A stretch of 64,000 bases of DNA from Chitinophagaceae bacterium. GTDB taxonomy: Bacteria; Bacteroidota; Bacteroidia; Chitinophagales; Chitinophagaceae. The translations under genes were made by a program, and so were the position numbers. The DNA is taken from NCBI GenBank assembly GCA_016719165.1, contig JADKAJ010000001.1, forward strand, positions 733,669-797,668, given 5' to 3'. Below the pieces are notes generated by a model that saw nothing but the letters and a program-made list of their open reading frames with translations, had not been told where the DNA came from and ran no database searches. Every line of letters begins with the position of its first letter. Position 1 is the first letter of the stretch. Positions 48,486 to 59,454 of the stretch are shown here, one piece after another.

Positions 48486-48995
48486 TTACAGGTATCGCTC
48501 TTTAATAATATGCAGGTGATGATTTAAATGACCAATTATGATAAATCCTATGCCCCGTACATATACAGTCCATCCGCTGGCGGTTCCGGTGGCTTCCAGT
48601 TGTTCCTCATCAAATGAGGCAAACAGCATGGTAGTAGAATAGCGAACCGCTTTAAATTCTTCCAGCATATCCTTCCAGTCTCTTTTACCAGCTTTTGAAT
48701 GTGTAACATAGTTGTTCTCATCAAAACCCGGCAGAGGCTGTTTCTCTCCACGGGCAATACAAAGGGCCCGGTAGGCAAATACCCTTTCCGCATCAAGAAT
48801 ATGCTGCAGTACTTCTTTTATAGTCCACTTGTCCGGACCATAACGATACTCTCTCTTTTCCGCATCAAGATTTTCAAGGAAAAATAAGAAAGAGGTCAAT
48901 TGCTCATTCAAAAGCAAGATCAGATCATCACCTTCAACCTGGGCAATATAACGATGGTACCATTCCGGAACCCTGGTCAGATCGGGGCGGGACAT
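48486..48995 (-). CDS. DinB-family protein
   Basis: The start is taken at MSRPDLTRVPEWYHRYI. …WTIKEVLQHILDAERVFAYR… and a C-terminal …GHLNHHLHII are typical DinB His-rich four-helix-bundle features. Confidence 0.75.
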   Translation of the reverse strand: MSRPDLTRVPEWYHRYIAQVEGDDLILLLNEQLTSFLFFLENLDAEKREYRYGPDKWTIKEVLQHILDAERVFAYRALCIARGEKQPLPGFDENNYVTHSKAGKRDWKDMLEEFKAVRYSTTMLFASFDEEQLEATGTASGWTVYVRGIGFIIIGHLNHHLHIIKERYL

Positions 48996-49002
48996 ATAAT
49001 TA

Positions 49003-49509
49003 TTATTGAGTCGGTTTACTATTAAGCGGGGCGCCAACTGCAATATCACATCGGTGACCAGGCTGACCATGTGCCGGGTTTAGCCCTGCCGCTGTTGCTC
49101 CGGGAACTGGATTTGTATTCAGAACAGGTGCGGCCGGTGAAGGAGTAGATGTTATCGTTGCCGGCTGAGGATTCGTATTAACTGTGGCTTGTGTTGGTTT
49201 GCTGTCTAATGGGGCACCCACTTGTATATCACAACGATGACCAGGCTGTCCGTGTGCAGGATTGAGGCCAGCTTTGCTGATAACAGGTGCAGGAGGTTGG
49301 TTCGTGCTATTCACTTGTGTTGACAGATCTGCTGCCGGCTGAACCTGCACTGTCTGTGTCCTTGCTGTATCTCCACCGGTAGAAATTGTCGCCGGTTGCA
49401 TTGTTGAAGTGTTAGCCGGAGTAGTTGTGCTCTCTTCATCTGATGCGTTGCCGCAGCCTGTTGTGGCGGCCAGTAATAACAAAGCAGGCAAATAAATGAA
49501 ATATTTCAT
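49003..49509 (-). CDS. Lipoprotein with a duplicated GLNPAHGQPGHRCDI-VGAPL-SKPTQ motif
   Basis: Lipobox in MKYFIYLPALLLLAATTGC, then low-complexity T/P/Q/A-rich linkers and two near-identical 28-aa His/Cys/Asp motifs. Its stop lies 7 nt upstream of the DinB start. Confidence 0.7.
   Translation of the reverse strand: MKYFIYLPALLLLAATTGCGNASDEESTTTPANTSTMQPATISTGGDTARTQTVQVQPAADLSTQVNSTNQPPAPVISKAGLNPAHGQPGHRCDIQVGAPLDSKPTQATVNTNPQPATITSTPSPAAPVLNTNPVPGATAAGLNPAHGQPGHRCDIAVGAPLNSKPTQ
49006..49272 (-). repeat. Two copies of an 84-bp coding repeat (49189-49272 and 49006-49089)
   Basis: AGLNPAHGQPGHRCDIQVGAPLDSKPTQ versus AGLNPAHGQPGHRCDIAVGAPLNSKPTQ. Confidence 0.85.
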
Positions 49510-49688
49510 GTGTTGTATTTTATAATAAATGACATGCAAAATAGGTAAGTTTTGTGAAAGCAGGGTTGTAATATTCCTGCTATTGAAGATACAGTCAGCA
49601 AAGTGCAGTACAGGATGAGTCTCAAGGATTTTCCATTAAAATGTATCCCGGTTGGTAATGGTATCAATACTAACCTGGACTCAGCTGT

Positions 49689-50624
49689 TCAATAATTTAT
49701 TTCTACTATTTTCTTTTGCTGCAATTTTTGCATTTGTACGGGTACTATATTTATAATTTCTTCCCGAAGCGTTTTTATAAGCTTGGTTTTAATATGATCA
49801 CGATGGGTAACCAGGCTTACTTCCCGGGCGGGACTTGGCTGTTTTAATCGCTTTACGAGTTTAAGCCTGGCTTTGCTGAACTCCATTACGGCCAACTCAG
49901 GCAGAATGGTAATGCCGTTGCTTTTATCCACCATTCTTTTAAGGGTTTCAATATTACCTGTTTCATATTTAAAATGAAAGTCACTGCTTTTTTTTAACTC
50001 GCAAATATTTAATACCTGCGACCGGAAGCAATGCCCTTCTTCCAGCAGCCAAAGTTCATTGGGATTAATTTCACTGGCCAGCACATACTTTTTGCCAGAC
50101 AATGCATTCTTTTTGGAGACATAAACAAAAAGTTCTTCATAAAAAAGTATATCTTCTTTTATGGATGGGTCTTTTAAGGGAGTGACAACAATGCCGCAGT
50201 CCAACCGGTTGTTTTTGAGTTCATAGATCACATCTTCTGTAATGGACTCCTTAATGATAAGATTTAACTGAGGGTATTTATCCTGCATAGATTTATAAAG
50301 TGAGGGCAATAAATAGGGCGCCAGTGTAGGAATGATACCCATGCGTAAATCCCCTGAAAGGGTATCCTTCTGGTCGTTGATCATCTGTTTGATCAGGTGG
50401 GCTTCCCGCAGGGTTATGCGTGCCTGCCTTATAATGTTTGTGCCGATCTCTGTAGGGATGACCGGCTGTTTGGTACGGTCAAAAATTTTTACGCCCAGTT
50501 CCTCTTCCAGTTTTTGAATCTGCATACTGAGGGTGGGTTGCGTGATAAAACATTTTTCTGCAGCCAATGCAAAATGCCGGTGGGTATCCAATGCAACAAT
50601 ATATTCAAGTTGGGTTAGTGTCAT
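49689..50624 (-). CDS. oxyR: LysR-family peroxide-sensing regulator OxyR
   Basis: 311 aa with the HTH MTLTQLEYIVALDTHRHFALAAEKCFITQPTLSMQIQKLEEELG. It is divergent from katG and has a conserved Cys in …EEGHCFRSQ…. Confidence 0.85.
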   Translation of the reverse strand: MTLTQLEYIVALDTHRHFALAAEKCFITQPTLSMQIQKLEEELGVKIFDRTKQPVIPTEIGTNIIRQARITLREAHLIKQMINDQKDTLSGDLRMGIIPTLAPYLLPSLYKSMQDKYPQLNLIIKESITEDVIYELKNNRLDCGIVVTPLKDPSIKEDILFYEELFVYVSKKNALSGKKYVLASEINPNELWLLEEGHCFRSQVLNICELKKSSDFHFKYETGNIETLKRMVDKSNGITILPELAVMEFSKARLKLVKRLKQPSPAREVSLVTHRDHIKTKLIKTLREEIINIVPVQMQKLQQKKIVEINY

Positions 50625-50651
50625 AGACAGTGACTATAAGATCATAAAAAT

Positions 50652-50664
50652 AATCAATTTGATT
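50652..50664. promoter_or_regulatory. Perfect inverted repeat AATCAA-T-TTGATT, candidate OxyR/LysR operator
   Basis: It lies in the oxyR-katG divergent intergenic region, 28 nt from the oxyR start and just upstream of the katG -7 box. Confidence 0.35.
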
Positions 50665-50681
50665 TATTGTTGACGCTGCTG

Positions 50682-50689
50682 TAGTTTTG
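50682..50689 (+). promoter_or_regulatory. -7 promoter box (TAGTTTTG) for katG
   Basis: TAnnTTTG match 66 nt upstream of the katG ATG. Confidence 0.45.
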
Positions 50690-50739
50690 AAAATCTTAGC
50701 AAATTGCACACGATTAAACAATCATTACAAGTAAATTAA

Positions 50740-52959
<2,220 letters not shown>

Positions 52960-52982
52960 TAAATGCCGAATATTATAGATTT

Positions 52983-53015
52983 AAAAAGTGACCTGGTAAC
53001 AGGTCACTTTTTTTA
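52983..53015. terminator. Bidirectional rho-independent terminator
   Basis: AAAAA-GTGACCTG-GTAA-CAGGTCAC-TTTTTTT, between convergent katG and fbaB. Confidence 0.85.
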
Positions 53016-53096
53016 TATCCCGAAAAAAGTAGTTTGAATTTATCTTGAACGAGTTAAGAGCAAATCCGGTGTGTCAGTTTTTTTAATTGTTTTGTT

Positions 53097-54170
53097 TTAC
53101 GCTATCGTAATATCCTTATCGAGATATACATCCTGTATCGCATTTAATATTTCAACACCTTCTTTCATGGGTCGTTGAAAAGCTTTTCGTCCGCTGATCA
53201 ATCCCATACCACCGGCTCTTTTATTTATTATGGCTGTGGTTACTGCTTCGGCCATATCACTGGCACCAGCGGAGGCGCCACCTGAGTTAATTAATCCGGC
53301 ACGGCCCATATAGCAGTTGGCTACCTGGTAACGGCAAAGATCAATCGGGTGGTCAGTGGTCAGTTCCTCGTATATGCGTTTATCATTTTTGCCATACGCC
53401 GATTCTTTGGTGTTCAATGCCAGGTAACCACCATTGTTTTCCGGTAGTTTTTGTTTGATGATATCTGCTTCAATCGTAACACCGAGGTGATTCGCTTGTC
53501 CCGTAAGGTCTGCCGATACATGGTAATCTTTTTCTTTTGTTTTAAAAGCCGGGTTGCGGAGATAACACCAGAGAATGGTAGCCATCCCCAGTTCATGTGC
53601 CATTTCAAATACCTTGCTTACTTCCTGTATCTGTCTTGTGGATTCATCACTGCCGAAATAGATGGTGGCGCCAACAGCTGCCGCACCCAAATTCCAGCTT
53701 TGCCGGATGGAAGCAAACATGATCTGGTCAAACTTATTCGGGTAAGTGAGGAACTCATTATGGTTCACTTTTACAATAAATGGAATTTTATGCGCATACT
53801 TTCTTGACATAAATCCTAAGCCACCCAGGGTTGTGGCCACAGCATTGCATCCACCTTCAATAGCCAGTTTAATAATATTCTCCGTGTCGAAATAAATGGG
53901 GTTTTTGGCAAAAGAAGCTCCGCCACTGTGTTCAATGCCCTGGTCAACAGGCAGGATGGAGAGGTAACCGGTATTGGCTAATCTTCCGTGGCCATACATA
54001 TTTTGCAGGTTGCGCAGCACCTGAGGGTTACGGTCACTGTTGATCCAGATTCGGTCGACAAAATCAGGACCGGGCAGGTGCAGTTGTTCTTTTGAAATAG
54101 TTTTTGACTGGTGGTTCAGTAAAAACTCAGCTTTATCGCCAAGTAATTCAGCAATTTTTTTAGCAGGCAT
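53097..54170 (-). CDS. fbaB: Class I fructose-bisphosphate aldolase (FbaB/DhnA type)
   Basis: 357 aa with long stretches that resemble E. coli FbaB as I recall it (…[13 protein letters not shown]…[11 protein letters not shown]…GATIYFGS…[14 protein letters not shown]…). Confidence 0.85.
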   Translation of the reverse strand: MPAKKIAELLGDKAEFLLNHQSKTISKEQLHLPGPDFVDRIWINSDRNPQVLRNLQNMYGHGRLANTGYLSILPVDQGIEHSGGASFAKNPIYFDTENIIKLAIEGGCNAVATTLGGLGFMSRKYAHKIPFIVKVNHNEFLTYPNKFDQIMFASIRQSWNLGAAAVGATIYFGSDESTRQIQEVSKVFEMAHELGMATILWCYLRNPAFKTKEKDYHVSADLTGQANHLGVTIEADIIKQKLPENNGGYLALNTKESAYGKNDKRIYEELTTDHPIDLCRYQVANCYMGRAGLINSGGASAGASDMAEAVTTAIINKRAGGMGLISGRKAFQRPMKEGVEILNAIQDVYLDKDITIA

Positions 54171-54234
54171 AGCAATTGTTGGTTTATTAGATTATGGTCA
54201 ATTAATCGAATGGTTTTGACTAACGACCGTTAGG

Positions 54235-54242
54235 CAAAGATA
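54235..54242 (-). promoter_or_regulatory. -7 promoter box (TATCTTTG on the minus strand) for fbaB
   Basis: The reverse complement of caaagata matches TAnnTTTG, about 65 nt upstream of the fbaB ATG. Confidence 0.45.
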
Positions 54243-54371
54243 ATGGTTGAATTAAATTGGAAAAAATGCAGGCTGAAAGGAGATTTTTCATTTTGTATAC
54301 TACTAATGAAAGGTTAGTGTTATATCGGTGTTCTCATCGTACCTGTTATATGTAATATTTGAATTGAAACC

Positions 54372-55244
54372 TTATCCAAACAGGTTACTGCTAAGATAAC
54401 GGTCTCCACGATCGCAGGCAATAAATACAATAACCCCTTTGTCAATTTCCCTGGCTAATTGAATAGCGGCTGAAGCAGCACCACCGCTGCTCATTCCGGC
54501 AAATATCCCTTCTGACCTGGCCAGTTGTCTTGCCACCAGTGTAGCTTCCTGTTGAGACACATCAATTATCCGGTCTACTCTCTCCGGTTCAAATATTTTG
54601 GGCAGGTATTCTTTGGGCCACCTCCGGATACCGGGAATAGAGGATTCTTCGGTAGGCTGGCATCCTACGATCTGGATGGAAGGGTTCTTTTCTTTTAAAT
54701 ACCGTGAACATCCCATGATGGTACCCGTTGTACCCATTGAACTCACGAAATGAGTTATGGATTGATTACTGTCTTTCCATATTTCCGGCCCAGTGGTTTT
54801 GTAGTGGGCGATATAATTATCCGGGTTGGCAAACTGGTTCAGGATAAAGGCTTCTCCGCGGGCTGCTTTTTCATCGGCATAATCACGGCATACTTCAATA
54901 CTTTCCAGCAATGTTACTGTAGCGCCGAAAGCTTCCATCGTCAACGTTCTTTCTCTTGTTGAGGAAGAGGGCATCACTAATTCAATGTCCAGGTCATACA
55001 ATCTTGCGATCATTGCCAGTGCAATCCCTGTGTTGCCACTGGTAGCTTCAATTAACCGGGTACCGGGTTTTATATCACCTCTTTCCAATGCCGAGCGGAT
55101 CATATTCAATGCCGGCCGATCCTTGACACTGCCACCCGGATTATTACCTTCCAGTTTGGCATAGATGGTTACGTTGGGATTAGGATTTAATTTTCTTAAT
55201 TCAACCAAAGGAGTATTTCCGATAAGGTCTGCAATACCAGCCAT
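54372..55244 (-). CDS. cysK: Cysteine synthase (O-acetylserine sulfhydrylase, CysK/CysM family)
   Basis: 290 aa with …IGNTPLVEL…KLEGNNPGGSVKDRPA…ATSGNTGIALA… (PLP lysine motif). Confidence 0.85.
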   Translation of the reverse strand: MAGIADLIGNTPLVELRKLNPNPNVTIYAKLEGNNPGGSVKDRPALNMIRSALERGDIKPGTRLIEATSGNTGIALAMIARLYDLDIELVMPSSSTRERTLTMEAFGATVTLLESIEVCRDYADEKAARGEAFILNQFANPDNYIAHYKTTGPEIWKDSNQSITHFVSSMGTTGTIMGCSRYLKEKNPSIQIVGCQPTEESSIPGIRRWPKEYLPKIFEPERVDRIIDVSQQEATLVARQLARSEGIFAGMSSGGAASAAIQLAREIDKGVIVFIACDRGDRYLSSNLFG

Positions 55245-55249
55245 GATGA

Positions 55250-56056
55250 TTATTTTATTTTTTCCACAACTTCAATATCGGGTCGATGGTAAACAACAGA
55301 GTGGGGTGGTACCGTTTTCGTAAGCCATACATTTCCGCCGATAATGCTATGATGACCTATGACAGTTTCACCACCCAAAATAGTGGCGCCGGAATAAATG
55401 ATGGCATGGTCTTCCACGGTAGGATGCCGTTTGGTAAAAGCCATCGACTTGTCAACACTTAGTGCGCCAAGGGTAACGCCCTGGTACAATTTTACATGGT
55501 TGCCGATGATACAAGTTTCCCCGATCACTATACCAGTGCCATGATCAATGAAAAAGTGATTACCAATTTTTGCACCGGGATGAATATCGATACCTGTTTT
55601 TGAATGGGCCCATTCTGTCATGATGCGGGGCAGTAAGGGAATATCAAGCAAATACAACTGGTGGGCCACCCGGTAGAAAAAGATAGCATAAAAGCCGGGG
55701 TAGGCACGGATGATCTCAAATCTTGTGTGGGCAGCAGGATCGCCTTCAAGGATCGCTGTGATATCAGTATTTAGAACAGCGTACAGATCCGGGATAACAT
55801 TGAAAAATGCGTTTGCCTTCTCCACATTATTGCACTGGTCGCAGGCTTTGGTGGCGTTGAATATCCTTATCAGTTCTGCCTTCATCTTTACAAAGGCGGC
55901 TTCCACTTCTTCGGCAGAATCCATGTTGCATTCTGCTCTCTCCGGGAATAAAAGACAAAATAATTTCAATACACATCCTGCAATCTCTTCATTTGGAGGA
56001 ACAGCTTCTATGGCCTGTTGCTGTGAATAGATATGATCATAAAATGCCTGGTTCAT
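55250..56056 (-). CDS. cysE: Serine O-acetyltransferase
   Basis: 268 aa with left-handed beta-helix hexapeptide repeats (…IDIHPGAKIGNHFFIDHGTGIVIGETCIIGNHVKLYQGVTLG…). It lies directly upstream of cysK. Confidence 0.85.
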   Translation of the reverse strand: MNQAFYDHIYSQQQAIEAVPPNEEIAGCVLKLFCLLFPERAECNMDSAEEVEAAFVKMKAELIRIFNATKACDQCNNVEKANAFFNVIPDLYAVLNTDITAILEGDPAAHTRFEIIRAYPGFYAIFFYRVAHQLYLLDIPLLPRIMTEWAHSKTGIDIHPGAKIGNHFFIDHGTGIVIGETCIIGNHVKLYQGVTLGALSVDKSMAFTKRHPTVEDHAIIYSGATILGGETVIGHHSIIGGNVWLTKTVPPHSVVYHRPDIEVVEKIK

Positions 56057-56130
56057 AATAGTTGCCTTTACCGGCTTTGTGAAATTAGCATAATTTATAA
56101 CAGCGGATCATGAGCGGGGTTGTGTATGCT

Positions 56131-56165
56131 GTTAAAAATAAAAGCCCTGCATCTGCAGGGCTTTG
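56131..56165 (-). terminator. Rho-independent terminator after fbaA
   Basis: AAAGCCCTG-N6-CAGGGCTTT, followed on the minus strand by TTTTATTTTT. Confidence 0.7.
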
Positions 56166-56185
56166 TTATCATGATGCAGTTAGTA

Positions 56186-57253
56186 TTATGCATTCCGGTT
56201 AATACAATTCAGGTCTTCAAACGCCAGTTCAAGACGTTTGCTGAACGATTCTTCTCCTTTGCGTAGCCAAACCCTTGGGTCGTAATATTTTTTATTGGGT
56301 TTGTCATCCCCTTCTGGATTGCCCAATTGTCCTTGTAAATAGGCTTCATTCTTTTTATAATTTTCCAGTATACCTTCCCAGAAAGCCCATTGCAGGTCAG
56401 TGTCAATATTCATTTTGATAGCGCCATAGCCAATCGCTTCTCTTATCTGGTGCTGTGGTGAGCCACTGCCACCATGGAATACGAAGTAAACAGGTTTTGG
56501 GGCGGTCTTAAATTCTTTTTCAATATGCACCTGGCTGTTGTTAAGAATCACCGGACGCAATTCTACATTGCCCGGTTTGTAAACGCCATGTACATTGCCA
56601 AAAGCAGCGGCCACTGTAAAAAGTTTTCCTACTTTGCTTAATTCCCGGTAAGCATAGGCCACGTCTTCCGGTTGTGTATAGAGTTTAGAATTTTCTACAT
56701 CGCTATTGTCCACACCATCTTCTTCACCACCGGTAACACCAAGTTCTATTTCAATGCTCATACCCAGCGGCTGCATTCTTTTAAAGAATTCAACTGAAGT
56801 ATGAATATTTTCTTCAATAGGTTCTTCACTCAGGTCAAGCATATGTGAGCTGAACAGGGGTTGACCTTTTTCTTTATGGAATTGTTCGCCGGCATCGATC
56901 AGGCCACTTATCCAGGGCAACCATTTTTTGGCAGCATGGTCTGTATGCAGCACAACTGGAACGCCATAGTACCTGGCGACGTTGTGAATATGCAGGGCAC
57001 CGGATATACCACCGGAAATATTTCCCTGCAGGTTATCATTTGGCATTCCTTTCCCGGCGATGAACTGGGCTCCTCCGTTGGAGAACTGTACAATAACAGG
57101 AGAGTTGACTTTTGCAGCAGTTTCTAAGGTAGCATTGATAGTGTTAGTACCAATCGTGTTGACAGCAGGTAAAGCAAATTGATTATCCCTGGCATCATTG
57201 TAGAGTGCTTCCAGTTCGTCACCGAACAGCACACCGGCTCTGTACTTTTTCAT
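56186..57253 (-). CDS. fbaA: Class II fructose-bisphosphate aldolase
   Basis: 355 aa with …NQFALPAVNTIGTNTINATLETAAKVNSPVIVQFSNGGAQFIAGKG… and …FVFHGGSGS…, which resemble E. coli FbaA as I recall it. Confidence 0.9.
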   Translation of the reverse strand: MKKYRAGVLFGDELEALYNDARDNQFALPAVNTIGTNTINATLETAAKVNSPVIVQFSNGGAQFIAGKGMPNDNLQGNISGGISGALHIHNVARYYGVPVVLHTDHAAKKWLPWISGLIDAGEQFHKEKGQPLFSSHMLDLSEEPIEENIHTSVEFFKRMQPLGMSIEIELGVTGGEEDGVDNSDVENSKLYTQPEDVAYAYRELSKVGKLFTVAAAFGNVHGVYKPGNVELRPVILNNSQVHIEKEFKTAPKPVYFVFHGGSGSPQHQIREAIGYGAIKMNIDTDLQWAFWEGILENYKKNEAYLQGQLGNPEGDDKPNKKYYDPRVWLRKGEESFSKRLELAFEDLNCINRNA

Positions 57254-57357
57254 TAAGTTTTAATTTTTTTAAAAGTGGCAAAAACTTTCAGCAGGCAGGC
57301 AATCGTTAAAGGCCTGCTAATATAGAATATTTATTGAATTGAAAATGCGAACAGGTG

Positions 57358-58473
57358 TTAGAGTGGTTTGCGTTTGGTCTTACCCAGGTTTTTCTGTACC
57401 AGTAATAAATTTTTACGGAGGGTTTGCTTCAAATGTATTTTTACAATTTCCCCCATCGATTTGCATTTCTCATACACATTGGTATGCAGGTATTCTCCCA
57501 ATTCTTTTTTTAATTGTTCCACTTTTTCGGGGGGCGATATCTGGTCTGCGGTCATTATATCGAGCAGGTCTTTGATACGATAACGGGAGGTGGCCAACCG
57601 GAAAGTGATCATGGTTCTTTCTTCTGCCTGGTATTGTTCAATGGATTCTTTATTAAGAACAGCGAGGGCCATTTCCACGAACGCAAAATTCTCTTTGAAA
57701 AATTGCGGCAGGTAAAGATTCTTTCTGCCTTCATAGGATTGCTGGTCGAAATCTATACAGCGGATCCGGTACTGGTAATCCTCAATATCAGGAGTAATTC
57801 CTATTACAAAGTTGTAGCTCCGCATATCACCCAGCAGCCGCACGAAGCATCTTTCGTTGAATTTCACAAATTCTTTCGCTAATCGTATTTTATTGGTTTC
57901 CGGGCTATCCATCATTTGTTTGATAAATACATCCCCCGGAATGCCGGGAATATGTTCTTCTACCAATGTATTATCACAGGTAAAAAAAGTGATACGGTTT
58001 GGAGAAAGGATATGTTCCAGTTCCAGGCCGTATATCCTGGAGGCATCTGCGATCTTGATATAATAGTGATCGTAATTATCGTTGAACTTATTGACAATCC
58101 GGATACGGAAGGGGTTTGAATTTCCGAATGCACAGTAATCAATTCTGGCCACATCCAGGTGACTTATAAAACTGAAATCACCTTCTGTTTTCAGTATGGC
58201 GTATATTTTAACCAGTCCCTGGCGGATATAATCCCAGTCACGACTGTCGTACGAAGTTTTTTCCCAATAAGTATCATTCCCGTGTTTGTCTTTAATAGGA
58301 GTGGACCAGGTAAAATTCAACAGGTTATTATAGGTAACAGGAAGTTTAACTTCCCGGCCACGGTTTTTCAGGTAGTTACGCAGCTTGTCATTAACAGGAT
58401 ACATTGGTTTCTTACGGGAAGGCTTATCACCTTCCTTTGTTTCCCGGCCATTCTGGTTATCAATAAATCTCAT
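57358..58473 (-). CDS. Hypothetical protein with protein-kinase-like/nucleotide-binding motifs
   Basis: The first ATG is at 58473 (the ORF opens with TTG at 58488). Motifs in kinase-like order are HYYIKIADASRIYGLELEH, LVEEHIPGIPG, LLGDMRSYNFVI and RCIDFDQ. I recognise no named family. Confidence 0.5.
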   Translation of the reverse strand: MRFIDNQNGRETKEGDKPSRKKPMYPVNDKLRNYLKNRGREVKLPVTYNNLLNFTWSTPIKDKHGNDTYWEKTSYDSRDWDYIRQGLVKIYAILKTEGDFSFISHLDVARIDYCAFGNSNPFRIRIVNKFNDNYDHYYIKIADASRIYGLELEHILSPNRITFFTCDNTLVEEHIPGIPGDVFIKQMMDSPETNKIRLAKEFVKFNERCFVRLLGDMRSYNFVIGITPDIEDYQYRIRCIDFDQQSYEGRKNLYLPQFFKENFAFVEMALAVLNKESIEQYQAEERTMITFRLATSRYRIKDLLDIMTADQISPPEKVEQLKKELGEYLHTNVYEKCKSMGEIVKIHLKQTLRKNLLLVQKNLGKTKRKPL

Positions 58474-58534
58474 GGGGTGAATAATCAATTGTGAATAGTC
58501 AATAACGAATTGCTATAAAGGTTCTAAGGTCGTA

Positions 58535-59320
58535 TTAATTTAATTGATTACGAAGTTTGCTGAAATACGCAGGGGCCTTTTCTAACCGGCTTCCATACCA
58601 ACTGAACATTTCTCCGTCTGCCAGTAAGATTTTTGTTTGGGGTAATGCTGACTGCAATTCATCAATATGTTTTTGTTGAAAAGGGTAGGGTTCAGAAGAA
58701 AGTAAAACCAGTTCCGGGTGTATTGCTTTTAGTTCTTCAACTTTTATTTCCGGATACCGGATTCTATTTGCAAAAATATTCTCCAAACCTGCTGCTGCCA
58801 GCATGGAATGAATGAAAGTGTCGCCACCAACTGTCATGTAAGGTTCCTTCCAGATCAGGTATGCAGTTCTTATTTTGTTTTGAATCGTATTTAATTGTTC
58901 AAATTCAAATTGAATTTTTGTGTTCAGCTCTTTTCCTTCAACTGGCTTACCTACCATATTTGCAATAGAATGGATCATTTCATACGCATCCTGCAGGTTA
59001 TTTACATCACTTACCCAAACTGGATACCGGGTTGCCAGTTCTTCTACCTGTTCTTTTATATTTTCTTCTTTATTGGCGATGATGAGGTCGGGATGCAACT
59101 GATGGATCAAATCCGTTTTTAATTGCTTAGTTCCTCCAATTCTTGTTTTGGTGCGGAACCATTGTTCCGGGTGTACGCAGAACCGGGTAATGCCGATTAC
59201 TTCTTTGTCTAATCCCAGGTAAAACAATAATTCTGTTTGTGAAGGGACCAGGGAAATAATTCTTGCCGGAGTTTTCTCCAGGGTAATTGTTCTGCCTGTT
59301 TGGTCTATAAAAGTAGACAT
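58535..59320 (-). CDS. BtuF/FhuD-like 'helical backbone' substrate-binding protein (cobalamin/iron-complex type) without a signal peptide
   Basis: 261 aa with …ARIISLVPSQTELLFYLGLDKEVIGIT…LHPDLIIANKEEN… No N-terminal hydrophobic segment, and no adjacent permease or ATPase gene. Confidence 0.75.
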   Translation of the reverse strand: MSTFIDQTGRTITLEKTPARIISLVPSQTELLFYLGLDKEVIGITRFCVHPEQWFRTKTRIGGTKQLKTDLIHQLHPDLIIANKEENIKEQVEELATRYPVWVSDVNNLQDAYEMIHSIANMVGKPVEGKELNTKIQFEFEQLNTIQNKIRTAYLIWKEPYMTVGGDTFIHSMLAAAGLENIFANRIRYPEIKVEELKAIHPELVLLSSEPYPFQQKHIDELQSALPQTKILLADGEMFSWYGSRLEKAPAYFSKLRNQLN

Positions 59321-59398
59321 GCAGTATTTTACCGCAAATTACTGATGAATACGCTGTGTTGAAAATGAAAAGAGGAAGGGAGAAAAAGGTTCACCGCG

Positions 59399-59428
59399 CC
59401 TCCTGCTAAATTTTAGTTTAGCAGGAGG
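59399..59428. other. Perfect 12-bp stem-loop in non-coding DNA
   Basis: CCTCCTGCTAAA-TTTTAG-TTTAGCAGGAGG, about 80 nt upstream (minus strand) of the 58535-59320 start codon. Confidence 0.7.
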
Positions 59429-59454
59429 GTTCCGGACGTAAGTTTCTTTCAAGG

